64,000 bases of DNA from Chloropicon primus. Its lineage: Eukaryota. Shown piece after piece: positions 9,971 through 21,948 of the stretch. The translations under genes and the position numbers were made by a program. The notes under the pieces are model-generated. The model searched no databases and was not told the DNA's origin. It worked only from the letters and a program-made list of their open reading frames with translations. Each line of letters starts with the position of its first letter. The first letter of the stretch is position 1. The stretch is taken from contig CP060761.1 of assembly GCA_023205875.1 (NCBI GenBank), positions 372,001 to 436,000 on the forward strand, read 5' to 3'.

Positions 9971-10915
9971 TTAGCGATAGTGCTGCTCTGATTCAAGATT
10001 CTTGGCAATCTCGGTCTCCCACCTGTCACCGTTATTGAGCAACTTTTCCTTGTCGTACAAAAGCTCCTCGTGCGTCTCGGTCGCGTACTCGAAGTTCGGG
10101 CCCTCGACGATCGCATCCACGGGGCAAGCTTCCTGGCAGTATCCGCAATAGATGCACTTTGTCATGTCGATGTCATATCTGGTCGTCCTCCTCGACCCGT
10201 CCTCTCTCTCCTCGGCCTCGATGGTGATGGCCTGCGCGGGGCAGACGGCCTCGCACAGCTTGCAAGCAATGCACCTCTCCTCCCCGGTTGGGTACCGCCT
10301 CAGGGCGTGCTCACCTCTGAACCTAGGACTCAAGCTCGCCTTCTCGAACGGGTAGTTCAGCTGCACAAGCAAGCAAAATACACACGAGGAGGAGTCGTCA
10401 GCCTTGTGGTTCCCTCGCCAGAGAGAGAGAGAGGGACAGACAGACAGACAGAGGGAGAGAGCGAAAGCGAGATGCTCCACTTACCGTCACTTTCTTCGTG
10501 AAAAAGTACTTGAGAGCCAAGGACATTCCTCTCATGAGCTCCGTGATGAACAGGGTCTGAGCACTGGCGTCAAGAACTGCGTGGCGCGTGAGACGAAGGG
10601 ACAAGTCAGAAAGGATGCGAACACGACGCGGAAGCGGAAGCGGAAGGGAGGAAAGGGAAAAGGGAAAAGGGAAAAGGAAGGACTCTCATCTCGTGACTTA
10701 CTTCCTGCAATGTCTCTGGGCACCTCCTTGTCGGAAGAGGGCCTGACGTAAGCCTCCGTCTCGGCCTTCTTGGGCGAAGGCGCGGCTGCGAAGGTTCTGC
10801 TCTGGAGTCCGCTAGCCACCGTCGCCGGCGTCGCTCCCCTTCCGCACAACGTCTGGGACAAACCCGACCAACTTTGCTTGGCTCCTCTGGCAAGAAGCTG
10901 CTGCATGACACTCAT
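9971..10915 (-). CDS. NDUFS8: Complex I TYKY/NuoI Fe-S subunit (3 exons: 10915-10702, 10576-10485, 10360-9971)
   Basis: Two CxxCxxCxxxCP motifs ([24 protein letters not shown]); [21 protein letters not shown]; mitochondrial presequence-like N-terminus; in-frame GT-AG introns. Confidence 0.97.
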
Positions 10916-11621
10916 GTTGAAACTGCTTCCTTCCTCCTTCCAGGGTGAACAAACCTGAGCAAGGCTGGGCTCGTTAGAAAGGTCTCGAGACGTACGATCG
11001 CTTTCTGAAAAAACAAACGCACCTCTGTCCGCCTCTAGGGGCCCAAAAACCTTCCAGCAACTTGGTCCCTTGGCCTCTCTCTCTCGCAGAGACGGCTGGT
11101 TTTCAGGGTTTCTTTTGCGGCGAGAGGAAAATCCCAAAACGGAGGGCCCCATTGATTGAGGAGGATGAAGGAGGGAATGGTGAACGGTGAGAGGTGGAGG
11201 ATGGTCGGGGAAAGGGGAAAGGGGTGGTGTGGCATTGACCGATGGATAGATCTCCTCTTCCTCTTTCCAGAGAGCATTCACAATGCACTTGAGGAAGAGG
11301 GGAAGGTGGAGGAAGTTGTAAGGTGGAGTGCAGGATGATGATGCAGGATTTAGGGCGAGAGAGGAATGCCTTGGCGGATGCCTCGCCTCTTACTCTTTCC
11401 AGGGGGCACTCGCTTGATCTTTTCGGGAGACAAGGCGAGGGGAAGGAGCGTCGTTTTTCTTTGTTGTTGTTCTTGCTCTAGATAGGAGTTAGTTACACCA
11501 TTTGCGACTTACTGCCCAATTAATGATTTATTCGTGTTCGTTCGTTCGTTGGACAAACGACTCCCCCCCCCCCGCGGTCGATGCACACATCTATTCTACA
11601 CCCCGTACCATGCCTGTGTGT

Positions 11622-12459
11622 TCATGGTCTCTGCCATTGCGGGAGGCACAGCTGCACCTGCTCGAACACCAGAAACGTGATGGCGTTCACGGGCACCGCC
11701 CTGAGCATGGCCGCGGAGAACCCCCTGAAAAGCCCTTTGACGCCCTCGCTCGCGATGATCTGCTGGGTGCACCGCCAGGTGGTGTCCGGCGTCTCCTTCT
11801 TGCAGGCCTGAATCCTCGTCTTCACCACGTCTATGGGGTAGACGGGCCCCCAGACGACGAGGCCGGAGACGCTGCCGGCGAGAAGGATGCTCCAAGTGGA
11901 CGGCTGCTTCCCCTCCGGCGTGATCGACCGCAGGGTCGCCTCGTACGACCCAAAGTAACACGCGTACGAGAAAGTCTCCCTCAGAAGCGTCTGCTTGAAC
12001 CCCCTGTACAGGTTCGGAAGCCCCCCCTCTCTGACGATCTGTTGCACGCAGCCGTAGGTCTCCCCCAGCACTCCCAAGTTCGAGGACTTTGCGACCGCGC
12101 CAGCGCTTGGGGCCTTGGCCTTGCTGTCCATCTGGAGCCTCACCTTGATGAGGTCTGCCGGGGTGACGATGACGCTGCTGACGACACCGGCGGCGAACCC
12201 TGCCTTGGCGACGTCCCTCAACGACGCCTCGTGCTGCCTCTCGCTCCCGTGGAGCTGCCTCAGCGCCCACCCATACGTGGTGAACACGCCAGCACTCACG
12301 GGAGCGTTGCTCACAATCGGTGGCAGGATTCCCTTGTAGAACCCCTTCAGACCCTCCTTCACGAACAACTTCCGGAAGCACTCCACCACATTCGCTCCCA
12401 ACGCATTCGTTCCACTCTGAAGCCTGACACGCAGAGAGAGAGACACACACACAGAGACA

Positions 12460-12490
<31 letters not shown>

Positions 12491-12655
12491 GTCAGCGTCA
12501 GCAGAGAGCAATGCAGGCGGAGAGGCGGTTGACTGGTTTTCGATCCAATGGGGAGGATTCGGGACTCACCTCGTCTTCACGACGTCCAGCGGGTGGCCCG
12601 CGAACACTCCGGCACAGCCCCCTGCCGTCCCAGCCACAAACTCCCTTAAATCCAT
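11622..12655 (-). CDS. Mitochondrial carrier (SLC25; basic amino acid/carnitine carrier-like); exons 12655-12570, 12423-11622
   Basis: Three Px[DE]xx[KR]x[RK] motifs: HPLDVVKTR, TPADLIKVR, YPIDVVKTR; 'MLRAVPVNAITF'. Confidence 0.92.
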
Positions 12656-13651
12656 TCCTACGCCACAACAATAAAACAAAACAAAACAATAAAGACTTCC
12701 TCGACTGAGGCGAAGCCACCCACCACCTGAGTCTTCCTTCTTCAAGCGTTACGATCGGCCGTTACGACGATCGACGACTCAGCACACCATGGCGGAAGAA
12801 GAGGAGCAAGAAGAAAGCCAATGACAACAACAACACGAAACGCCTCGAGGCTCTCGTCGTGCATTCGTTGCGTCGAGCGAGAGCGCGCGTTCGAGGGAGC
12901 GCGTCCGAGGCAGAGAGCGAGACGGGAGCAATGTCAAGAGTCGTGTTCGACGCCCCTCGTCGCCTTCGTCGTCGTCGTCGTCGTCGTCGCCTCGATCGAG
13001 TGTCTCGCCTTCGCTGCTGACCGCTCTGCATCGTCAGACGGAACTTTTTCTCTTTTCTCTTTCTATAGGAAACGTTCCCCTCAACTCTATCTATGCTATT
13101 CGTTTACAACGTGGGACCCGTAGTACAGTAACGTCACTCGAACAATATAAAATTTCGGCCAGCTGGGCCGTGTCTCGCCCTCGAAGCTTTTTTTTGGGGG
13201 GGGTTCTTCCCTTAAGCAAGTTCATCGTCTCGGCGCGTTCGCTCCCCTCCTCTCGTCTCGCTTTGTCCTCCACTCCATGCTGGAGTCTGCGCTCTGGACT
13301 CGAAAAGGTGTTCCAAAGCGAGGCTTGAGGCGCGAGGCTTGTCCTCCTCAAGAGCCTGGGTCTCGTCGTGTGTCTCCTCGATTGCGATTAAGGAAAAAGT
13401 CACTCCCAGGAGGAGAGAACGTCCTCGCCTTGCCAACGTTCTTCCATTGACGTCCCCTTCGACACCTAGACGGATCGTGTGGATCTCCCTCCCCCTTGAT
13501 CTCCTCTCTCGTCCTCTCTCTCGTCCACTCTCTCGTCCAGGATAGAGGCTACCTCCTCGCTTGCCTTTGCCTTGGGCTTTGCCTTGATCGAGATTGAGAG
13601 CGGGATTGAGTGACGGACTCTGTCTCTTCTCTTGTCGTGACGACGTCACCC

Positions 13652-15346
13652 ATGCGGACCATGGACTTGTCTTCCAAGGGTAGCCATGATGCGCAGTGGC
13701 GTCAACAACACAAGCAGCACAATCACGTGGTGGCCCCTCATTCCCTGGCTAAGGGGAGGGCCGCTCCCGGTGAGAGGAGGAGGGGGAGGCTGGATGGAAC
13801 CAAGGGAGGGCGGACGCCAAGCTTGGCCTTGCGGTGGCGGGTCAGAAGGAACGCTTCGGCTGACCCAGAGGAGACCGAAACCTCCTCGGTCGAGGTGTGT
13901 GAGGACATCTGTTCCACGGAAGATTTTGGCATCGACGAGGAGGCTTCCACGAAGAAGGACCTCACATCCGCCATCGGCGTGGGAGGCCTGATCACCATTC
14001 TCGTCAGCATACTCAGCAGCGACTTCGTGGTGGACCACAAGGACCTTGCGCTCTCAGCGGTCTTCGTCGTCGGATATCTTGGAATCATTCTCGAGGAGTC
14101 CCTGGCGTTCAACAAGTCCGGCGTGGGGCTGATCATGGCGGTGAGCCTTTGGACGATCCGGATGCTTGGTGACGGGGACGCCGGAGCGGTGATCGAGAAC
14201 CTGAACGAGCACGTGGCGGACACGAGCGAGATCATCTTCTTCCTCATGGGCGCTATGACCATTGTCGAGATCGTGGACTCCCACCAGGGCTTCAAGCTGG
14301 TGACCAAGGCCATCAACGCCAAGTCGAACGAGTCGCTGCTGTGGATCATCTCGATGATCACGTTCTTCATGAGCGCCATCTTGGACAACCTGACGAGCAC
14401 GATTGTCATGGTTTCCCTCCTGCGCAAGCTCGTGAAGAACCCCGAGCGAAGGAAGTTGTTCGGGTCCGCGATCGTCCTTGCCGCGAACGCTGGTGGGGCC
14501 TGGACGCCCATCGGGGACGTCACCACCACCATGCTTTGGATCAACGGCAACATCAGCACGCTGAGCACCATGTCCTCCATCTTCCTGCCGAGCCTGGTGT
14601 CCCTCATGGTCCCCGTGGCCCTGATGGGGCGATTGGCGCCTGAGATCCAGGGCGACGCGGACCCGATCGAGGAGGAGACCACCGACCTGGCACCAAGAGG
14701 CAAGCTTGTCTTCGCGACGGGAGTTGGGGCCCTTCTCTTCGTCCCCGTCTTCAAGTCGCTGACGGGGCTTCCGCCATACCTCGGAATGCTCTCCGGGCTC
14801 GGCGTCCTTTGGCTCCTCACGGACGTCATTCACTACGGCGAGGACGACAGGACCAAGTTGAGGGTGCCCTACGCCCTGTCCAGGATCGACACGCAGGGCG
14901 TCCTCTTCTTCCTTGGAATCCTCCTGTCGATTGCGGCCCTCGATTCTGCTGGACTTTTGAAGGACATCGCCCTCTTCCTGGACAACCACATTCCGAACGT
15001 CGACATCATCGCCGCCACGATAGGCGTCGTCTCGGCCATCATCGACAACGTACCGCTGGTAGCGGCCACCATGGGAATGTACGACATCACAAACTTCCCC
15101 AAGGACGCGGAGCTTTGGCAGCTCATTGCCTATTGTGCGGGCACAGGAGGGTCCATCCTGATCATCGGCTCGGCGGCCGGGGTGGCGTTCATGGGGATGG
15201 AGAAAGCAGACTTCGGATGGTACTTCAGGAAGGTCACGCCTTGGGCATTCGCCGGGTACGTGGCCGGATTGTCGGTCTACCTCGCCCAGTCCAAGCTTCC
15301 AGCGGTCTTCGCCTCCCTGCCCCTCCTGGAGTCGCCGTCGTCGCTG

Positions 15347-15349
<3 letters not shown>
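13652..15349 (+). CDS. NHD1: Plastid NhaD-type Na+/H+ antiporter
   Basis: FNKSGVGL, TIVEIVDSHQGF, ILDNLTSTIV, ANAGGAWTPIGDVTT, IIDNVPLVAA, AGTGGSILIIGSAAGV; transit-peptide-like N-terminus. Confidence 0.93.
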
Positions 15350-15399
<50 letters not shown>

Positions 15400-15547
15400 A
15401 GAGACAGAAGAGAGGCTGAACAAAAGGAAGCCCGCCTTGGAAAGTTCGTCGACACCAATTTCCCTGTACTATTCGGTATTGTTTTGAATATTTAAGTATT
15501 TAGTTATTTATCTGTTGTTCTCTTCTCTCTCTCTCTTCTGTTTTATT

Positions 15548-16274
15548 TCACTTCTTGAGGTTCTCGGCCAGCCAGTCCAGACCCTCGAACAGACCCTCCC
15601 CCTTCATGGCAGACGTTTTGAAGATGGTCCACGTCCTGCTCTTTATCTTGTGGAGCTCCAGAGCTTCTGCTATCTTCGGGGCGTCCAGGGACCCCGGCAA
15701 GTCCTGCTTGTTCGCAAAGACGAGAACGAGGGCCTCCTTGAGCTCCTCCTCGTCCAGAATCGCGTGGAACTCCTCCTTAGTCGTGTCCAACCTGTCCACG
15801 TCCGTCGAGTCCACCACGTATATGATCGCCTGCGTGTTCGGATAGTAGCACCGCCAGTACGGACGTATACTCGTCTGACCTCCCAAGTCCCACACCTGGA
15901 ACTTTATGTTCTTATACTGTACAGTTTCCACGTTGAAACCTATTGTCGGGATGGTCGACACCACTTCCCCGACCTGCAACCGGTCTGCACAACCCATTCC
16001 CAAACAAATCACACCATTATTTCCACAAAAGCCCAAAAGATGATGGTGATGGTGATGGTGATGATGATTGGACGAGCCAAGCGAGAGAGCGAGAGAGAGC
16101 GGAGGGAAGAAGAGCCAAGGCACGTCAGCGTCAAGATCACGAGGTTTGAGGTTGAGTAACCACGAGTGACTTACATAATATGGTCGTCTTTCCCGCATTG
16201 TCGAGTCCGAGCACGAGGATTCTCGCCTCCTTCTCACCGAAGAGTTGAAGAAATTTGGAGAACCAGAAACCCAT
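15548..16274 (-). CDS. ARL1: ARF-like GTPase ARL1 (exons 16274-16175, 15984-15548)
   Basis: MGFWFSK...[38 protein letters not shown]...[17 protein letters not shown]...ANKQD. Confidence 0.95.
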
Positions 16275-16658
16275 TTGTTACTCGTCCACCGACCACGAAA
16301 CGAATGAAGGGACGACTCCCCTAAAACCTCTTCAACAACACCGAACGAGCGGCCTCACGTCGAGGCGCTAGGGCGAACACACCAACTCGAGGTCCGACGT
16401 CCGAGGTCCGAGGCCCGGAGGTTTTAGAAGGAAGAAGAAGAATTAAAAAAAAAAAAAAAAAAACTGTCCCTTCGTCTCGTTCGTCTCGTCTTCCCAAAAC
16501 CACCACGAAAGAAGTGACACCACCAAGCGACCGAACACGCCTCCCTCGGAACCCGAAGCCTTCCCCTAACGCCAAACCCAATGCCAATGCCAATGCCAAT
16601 GCCAATGGCTCTCTCTCTCTCTCTCTCTCTTTGCCCTCTGACCCCCTTTCCCGATTGA

Positions 16659-16689
16659 GGTTTTAGGTTTTAGCGGGTTTTAGGTTTTA
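16659..16689 (+). repeat. Short TTTTAGG telomere-like array in a divergent promoter
   Basis: GGTTTTAGGTTTTAGCGGGTTTTAGGTTTTA. Confidence 0.6.
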
Positions 16690-17074
16690 ACGCGTTCAAA
16701 AAAGAACGAAGAAGGCGGGAAGAGCGATCACTTTTTGTTCACCTCAGGGAGGAGAAGATCCCTTTCCCTTTCCCTCTCCGGACACGGACGGAGGACCAAG
16801 ACAACGTAACGCTCGTAACGCTTCGTGGGATCTTCCTTCACCTAAGGTTTCACGGCACCCAACCGCTAACGGAACAAGGCCAAAGGTTCGTTCGTTTTTG
16901 GGATTGTTTTTTTGTCAAGAGCTTGGGATCCTCTTCTTCCATTTCCACAACATCCACTACAAACACGTCGCCAGCGTTGTCGTTGTCGTTGTCGACGTTG
17001 AGAAGGATCTTGGACGTAACGCGTCGCTGGGAGATACGAGGACCGTGCCCTGCGTGTGAACCGAACCGGACGCC

Positions 17075-18418
17075 ATGAGGATACCGGCGGAGTTGCAGAA
17101 GATGACGATAGCCCAGCTCAAGGAGGAGCTGGTGGAGCTGGGCGGGAGCACCAAGGGGTGCAAGCTGAAGGTGCACTACCAGGAGAGGCTCATGGTGGCG
17201 AGGAGGGCCGCGAATGCCGAGGAGAAGAAGGAGGCGGAGGTCTCTACTCCTGCGCCGGCCAAGCCCCAGGTCTTCATCAGGACGCCGAGCTTGTCCGAAG
17301 GGCTTTCGCGACCAAAGCCCTTCTCCCCAGTCAAAACGCCAAAGGCAAAGTCTCCGAAGAAGGAGGGGAGAAGGAGAGGCTCCGCGAGCTCGTCCTCGGG
17401 CAAGGGGTCCTTCTCCGTGGTGAGCGTGCTCGTCCTGCTCGCGGCTCTTGCGATCGGGGTCTTCTTCTTCCTCTCGACCGAGGACACCAAGGCCGGGCAC
17501 GAGAAGGTGAACGAACTCTTTGAGACGGCCAGGGACAGCGTGAACGAACTTTACCTGGTAACGAAGGGGTACATAGAAACCCTTGACCTCCTGAAGAGGG
17601 CCACGGAGGAGTTCCAGAACGTGTTCGGCGGCACGTCATCATCTGGAGGTAAGCAAAACGAGTCCTTCCATAAAGTAGAACCAGAACCAGTAATATAGAC
17701 AAGCCGGCACCGGAGCCGCCGGCTCTCTGAGCAGCGTTGGCCGCTGACCCGATTACGCCACACTTTTTTAATCGCCCTTGCTAACGTGACGCGGGCGCCG
17801 CGCGCAGGTTGCAAGCCAGTCCTGAGCAAAGAGATGCTTTCCTCCGTCGTGTTTCAGAGTGAGGTTTGGTCCGGGTGGTCCTCGGCCGTCATCGAGTCCA
17901 TGAGCCACGCGCAGGACGACGGCGTTCCCAACAAGGGCACGGCTATCTTGCTCGCGAGGAACACCTCTTACAGCGGGAGCGTGTACGATAAGCTTGAGGC
18001 GGGCATGGAATGCAACTGCATCAAGCGTTTTGTGGGTGCCAACGTGGACTCCAAGGGCGTGGAAGTCTCCTCGAAGTCCAAGGGCCAAGTCCAAAAGGAG
18101 CTGGCGGAGTTCCTCACCGAGTGCACGCACGGGATCGTCGTGGTGGAGGGCATAGAGTCCTTCGGCTCGGACAGCTTGTCCCCGCTTCACAATGCCATGT
18201 CTGAGCAGGGAGGCTTGACTTACAATGGCACGAACGTTCCTGGCTGGAACGCCAAGTACATTCTCACCCTGAATGTGCCCATGGAGGAGGGGCTCCAGAA
18301 TAGCGAGGACTTGGTGAAGCAGGTAGTGAAGCAGAGCCTCGTGGAAAGGCTTGGGGCGGGGAGTTTCGCTCTTGCATTCCGGCGGAGGATAGACTACGTT
18401 GGGCTGGGAAGAATATAA
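17075..18418 (+). CDS. SAP/HeH domain + single TM + torsin/LAP1-like degenerate AAA+ domain (exons 17075-17648, 17808-18418)
   Basis: Donor GTAAGC at 17649, branch GCTAAC ~17780 and acceptor GCAG at 17807 join two ORF-track entries in frame. N-terminal MTIAQLKEELVELGGSTKGCKLKVHYQERL (SAP-like); TM VVSVLVLLAALAIGVFFFL; C-terminal 'ECTHGIVVVEGIESF...NAKYILTL...AFRRRID'. Confidence 0.75.
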
Positions 18419-18477
18419 CGTTGTTCCGCAAATGCCTGAATTCATTTTTTTTAATTTGTCCGCGTGCGCGCCTTTCA

Positions 18478-21400
18478 CTACCCTAACCTCTTCGCCCTCC
18501 CGCGCTTTCTCTCCTGGCGCTTCTCGATGGCCTCTTGGACGTCCTCGCCTTCGTCAATCAGCTTCTGCCACATTCGGTCCGTGAGCCCATCGTCGTAAAC
18601 AACCTTGCGGGACTTGGCCCTCCTCGGCCCAAGCTCCTCCTCTTTCTCCTCGTCCTTCTCCTCCTCCGGCGGCTTCAAGGCCCACTGGGGAACTTCCGTG
18701 TCATCCAACAGACCTACTTTCTCTCTCTCCAAGTCCATTTTCGCGAAGAGCTCGACCTCGTCGTCCCCCCTCGCGATGAGGTTGTTGATCTCGTCGTCGG
18801 TGGAAACCCCCTTGCCAATGTCCTGGATCCCTCGCTTGAAAATGTTGCTAAGAGTCTCGTGCCTCTCCCTGTGACTAGAGCTCTGATTGAACATTCCCGC
18901 CTGAATGACCTTGTTGTCAATGTCCGCCTTCTCCCTAGCTCTCTCGATGATGACCTCTTCGATAGATCCCACGGTCACAAACGTGATGATCTTCACCTCT
19001 CTCTTTTGCCCTATTCGGTGGGCACGGTCCTCCGCCTGCTTGTCCATCTGGGGGTTCCAGTCCGAGTCGAACAGGATTACCGTGTCGGCCGTCTGCAAGT
19101 TGAGGCCCAGGCCTCCGGCGCGCGTGGAGAGCATGAACAAGAATACGTCCGAGCCCGGGGCATTGAACTCCGCAAGAAGCAGTGGCCTCTCGTGGGTTTT
19201 TGTCTCTCCATCCAGACGCAGGTACCTGTAGCCCTGCATCTCAAAGTAGAGCTCCAGCAAGTCCATCGCCCTCGTCATTTGGGAGAAGAGCAGAACGCGG
19301 TGCCCCGCAGCTTTCAGCTTGGGCAGGACCCTGTCCAAGAGGTGGAACTTTCCACTGGCCCTGACAAGCTCCGCTGGATCTTCCGGCTCGTACGGCGGGT
19401 ACATGCTGTCCAGGAACAGGTATGGGTGGATGCAAGCTTTTCGTAATTGCATGGCCGAGTTCATGAGCGTCCTGCTCTTCGAATTGCCTTTCGGCGTCTC
19501 AAGCATCACTGAGCCCCCCTCCGTGATCTGCTTATAGTACGCGCGCTGCCAAGCCGACAGGTCACACTTGCAGATGACAATGGACTTATCCGGAAGCTCC
19601 TTTTCTACTTCTGCCTTCTTCCTCCTCAGAAGGAACGGGCGGATGACCTGATGCAGGCGGTGGATAATCAGGAGCTCTTCCTCCTCGCTGAGGGCGACGT
19701 CCTCCTGAGACCCTTTGAAGGGCGCAGAGAACCAGTCATCGAACGAGTCAGACGTGTCGAAAACTTTCGGGAGCACGAAATTCAACAGACTCCAAAGCTC
19801 CTTCAGATTGTTCTGGATCGGCGTTCCCGTCAAGAGCAACCTGTTTCTCGATTGATAGACTCCCCTGAGAATTTCCGACAGCTTCGAGTCCTTGTTCTTC
19901 AGCCTGTGCCCCTCGTCGATGATGATGTACTCCCACTGGAACTTGGTGAGGAACTTCTTGTCGCGCATGATCATGTCATAGTGGGTGAGAAGCACGTTGA
20001 AGGTTTGTGCCGCCATTCTGTCATCCCTCAACTGCTTCCTCTCCTCCGGCTTGCCGTCGTAGAGGATGACGTTGTAGTTTGGCAGCCACCTCCCAAACTC
20101 AACACACCAGTTGCTCAGCACGGCTTTGGGGCACAGGACGAGGTGGGGTCCATAGTTGCCCTTCTTTTCCATGAGGTAAGCAAACAACGAGATGGTCTGG
20201 ATGGTCTTACCGAGGCCCATCTCGTCCGCGAGGATCCCATTCAGCCCGTTGATGTACAAGGAAACCATCCACTGCAGGCCCGCCAGCTGGTACTCTCTGA
20301 GCTGGCCGCCCTCGAGCATCACGGGCTGCTCGTCCACTGGCTCCTGCTTTGAGTGCACCAGGTTCAAGTACCGCTTCTGACCCGAGATCAAGTTCTGCTC
20401 CACGGCGTCGGCGTCTTCCTGCTGGCTCGTCTGCACGGCGTCGTCTGCACGGAGCAAGTGCTGCCCGTCGGTATCCTCGAACTGGCCCATGGTCGCGGCC
20501 CTCTGGTCCGCGACCTTTACGCCGAGGTTCTGCAGAAGGACATCGGTGTTGTCCAGGAGCATCGATATTCTCGAGTTCTTCGCCTCCTTGGCCATCTTGA
20601 TGTACTCCTCCATGTTGTCCGTCCTGAGAGCCAGGACCCTCGCGTTCGCCTCCCTGATCTTCTTCTTCCTTTCCTTGGAGTGGAAGCTGATCGTTTGCTC
20701 GGACCTCTGCTTCAGGAGCTTCCTCAAGGCCTTGGCCTTGGCCTTGCGGTCTTCCCTTTGAGCCATGACGTCCTGCAAGAACCGCTTGCGCGACTGCAGC
20801 ACCCGGAGCTTGGCCTCGTGCTCGGTCCTCGCCCTCTCGTAGGCCTCCTGCCTCCTCCTCCTCTGCTCCGCCGCGATCCTCTGCTGCTCGGCGATCCTCG
20901 CTTGGTGCACGGCCTGGGCATGAGCCCGCTCCTCTGCCTTCTGCATCCTGTTGACCTGCAGCTTCGCCGCTGCCTCTGCCGCGAGGTTCGCGTTCAGGAT
21001 CTGCCCCCTCCTCTCCTCCATGGAGAGGCTTCCAATGTCCTGGCGCACCCTCGAGAGCCTCGAGTGGTCGAATAGGGTGAGGGCGTTGAAGTTCTCCCTG
21101 CCCGGTCCCCCGGTGGACTTCCCCCCCGCCCGGTCCATCCCCTCCGTCAGCCTCTTCTCCATCAGGACGTCCTGCCTCACCTTCTTCTGCAGCTCGAGCA
21201 GCTTCAGGCCCTTGAGCGCCACGTAAGCCTCCCTCTGCTTCTCTATCGGGGTGGACATCGCCTTCACCGGGTGGCTCGACCCCAGGTACGACGTTCCCCC
21301 CTCCTTCCCCTTCTCCTGCCCCTCCGCGGACCCCTCCGCCTCCACCTCCTGGTTCTCGCCCCCGCCCGCCAAGAACGCCTCCAGCGCCTCCCGCCGATCC

Positions 21401-21948
21401 GCCACCATGTTCCTCAGCCTCTTCTTCCTGCCCCTCAGGAACTCCCTGCCGCTCAACGAGGAGGAGAGCGACGACGACGACGACGACGTCGGCTCGCTCG
21501 CCTGCTTGGCCCTCGCCAGCACGCCCCCCGGCACACGGAGCCCTCGCGAGGCGTGCGAGAACGAACGCACCTGGGCCATAATCCTCGACTTGAGCTCCGC
21601 GTTGATGATCTCGCCGCCTCCCTCGCCGTCGTCCCCCTCCGCCTCCTCCTTCAACGCTCGGAGGAGCCTCTCGTACGTTCCCTTCCTCTTCTGCCACGAC
21701 TCCACCTTGCCCTTGTCAAAGTTGCTGAGCAAATGCTTCTGCTCCTCGCGACTCAGCAACGTCACCTGCTCGTTCACCACGCCGAGGCTCTCCCTCAACA
21801 AACCCTCCAGCATCCTCCCCTCCGCCGACGAACGACCACCACCTCCACCTTCAGCATGACCTTGAGCACCACCACCACCCGCATGGTCTTGTGCGGCGGA
21901 ACCGGAACCGGAACCGGAACCGGAAGCCTTGCCTTGCACCGCCGGCAT
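18478..21948 (-). CDS. SNF2-family SWI/SNF ATPase (SYD/BRM/CHR12-like), HSA + helicase domains
   Basis: LNGILADEMGLGKT, IDEGH, LLLTGTPIQN, FSQMT, STRAGGLGLNLQTADTVI, QAEDRAHRIGQ; HSA-like helix upstream. Confidence 0.95.
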   Translation of the reverse strand: MPAVQGKASGSGSGSGSAAQDHAGGGGAQGHAEGGGGGRSSAEGRMLEGLLRESLGVVNEQVTLLSREEQKHLLSNFDKGKVESWQKRKGTYERLLRALKEEAEGDDGEGGGEIINAELKSRIMAQVRSFSHASRGLRVPGGVLARAKQASEPTSSSSSSLSSSLSGREFLRGRKKRLRNMVADRREALEAFLAGGGENQEVEAEGSAEGQEKGKEGGTSYLGSSHPVKAMSTPIEKQREAYVALKGLKLLELQKKVRQDVLMEKRLTEGMDRAGGKSTGGPGRENFNALTLFDHSRLSRVRQDIGSLSMEERRGQILNANLAAEAAAKLQVNRMQKAEERAHAQAVHQARIAEQQRIAAEQRRRRQEAYERARTEHEAKLRVLQSRKRFLQDVMAQREDRKAKAKALRKLLKQRSEQTISFHSKERKKKIREANARVLALRTDNMEEYIKMAKEAKNSRISMLLDNTDVLLQNLGVKVADQRAATMGQFEDTDGQHLLRADDAVQTSQQEDADAVEQNLISGQKRYLNLVHSKQEPVDEQPVMLEGGQLREYQLAGLQWMVSLYINGLNGILADEMGLGKTIQTISLFAYLMEKKGNYGPHLVLCPKAVLSNWCVEFGRWLPNYNVILYDGKPEERKQLRDDRMAAQTFNVLLTHYDMIMRDKKFLTKFQWEYIIIDEGHRLKNKDSKLSEILRGVYQSRNRLLLTGTPIQNNLKELWSLLNFVLPKVFDTSDSFDDWFSAPFKGSQEDVALSEEEELLIIHRLHQVIRPFLLRRKKAEVEKELPDKSIVICKCDLSAWQRAYYKQITEGGSVMLETPKGNSKSRTLMNSAMQLRKACIHPYLFLDSMYPPYEPEDPAELVRASGKFHLLDRVLPKLKAAGHRVLLFSQMTRAMDLLELYFEMQGYRYLRLDGETKTHERPLLLAEFNAPGSDVFLFMLSTRAGGLGLNLQTADTVILFDSDWNPQMDKQAEDRAHRIGQKREVKIITFVTVGSIEEVIIERAREKADIDNKVIQAGMFNQSSSHRERHETLSNIFKRGIQDIGKGVSTDDEINNLIARGDDEVELFAKMDLEREKVGLLDDTEVPQWALKPPEEEKDEEKEEELGPRRAKSRKVVYDDGLTDRMWQKLIDEGEDVQEAIEKRQERKRGRAKRLG

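Noticed and set aside
16315..16335. CCTAAAACCT as a telomerase RNA template
   Set aside because: It sits ~45 bp upstream of the ARL1 start with no other supporting structure; a promoter telo-box is the simpler explanation.
17075..17698. Stand-alone 207-aa SAP-TM protein and separate 210-aa ORF (17786-18418)
   Set aside because: Better explained as one gene: canonical donor, branch point and acceptor join them in frame, and the second ORF begins at a GTG inside the intron.
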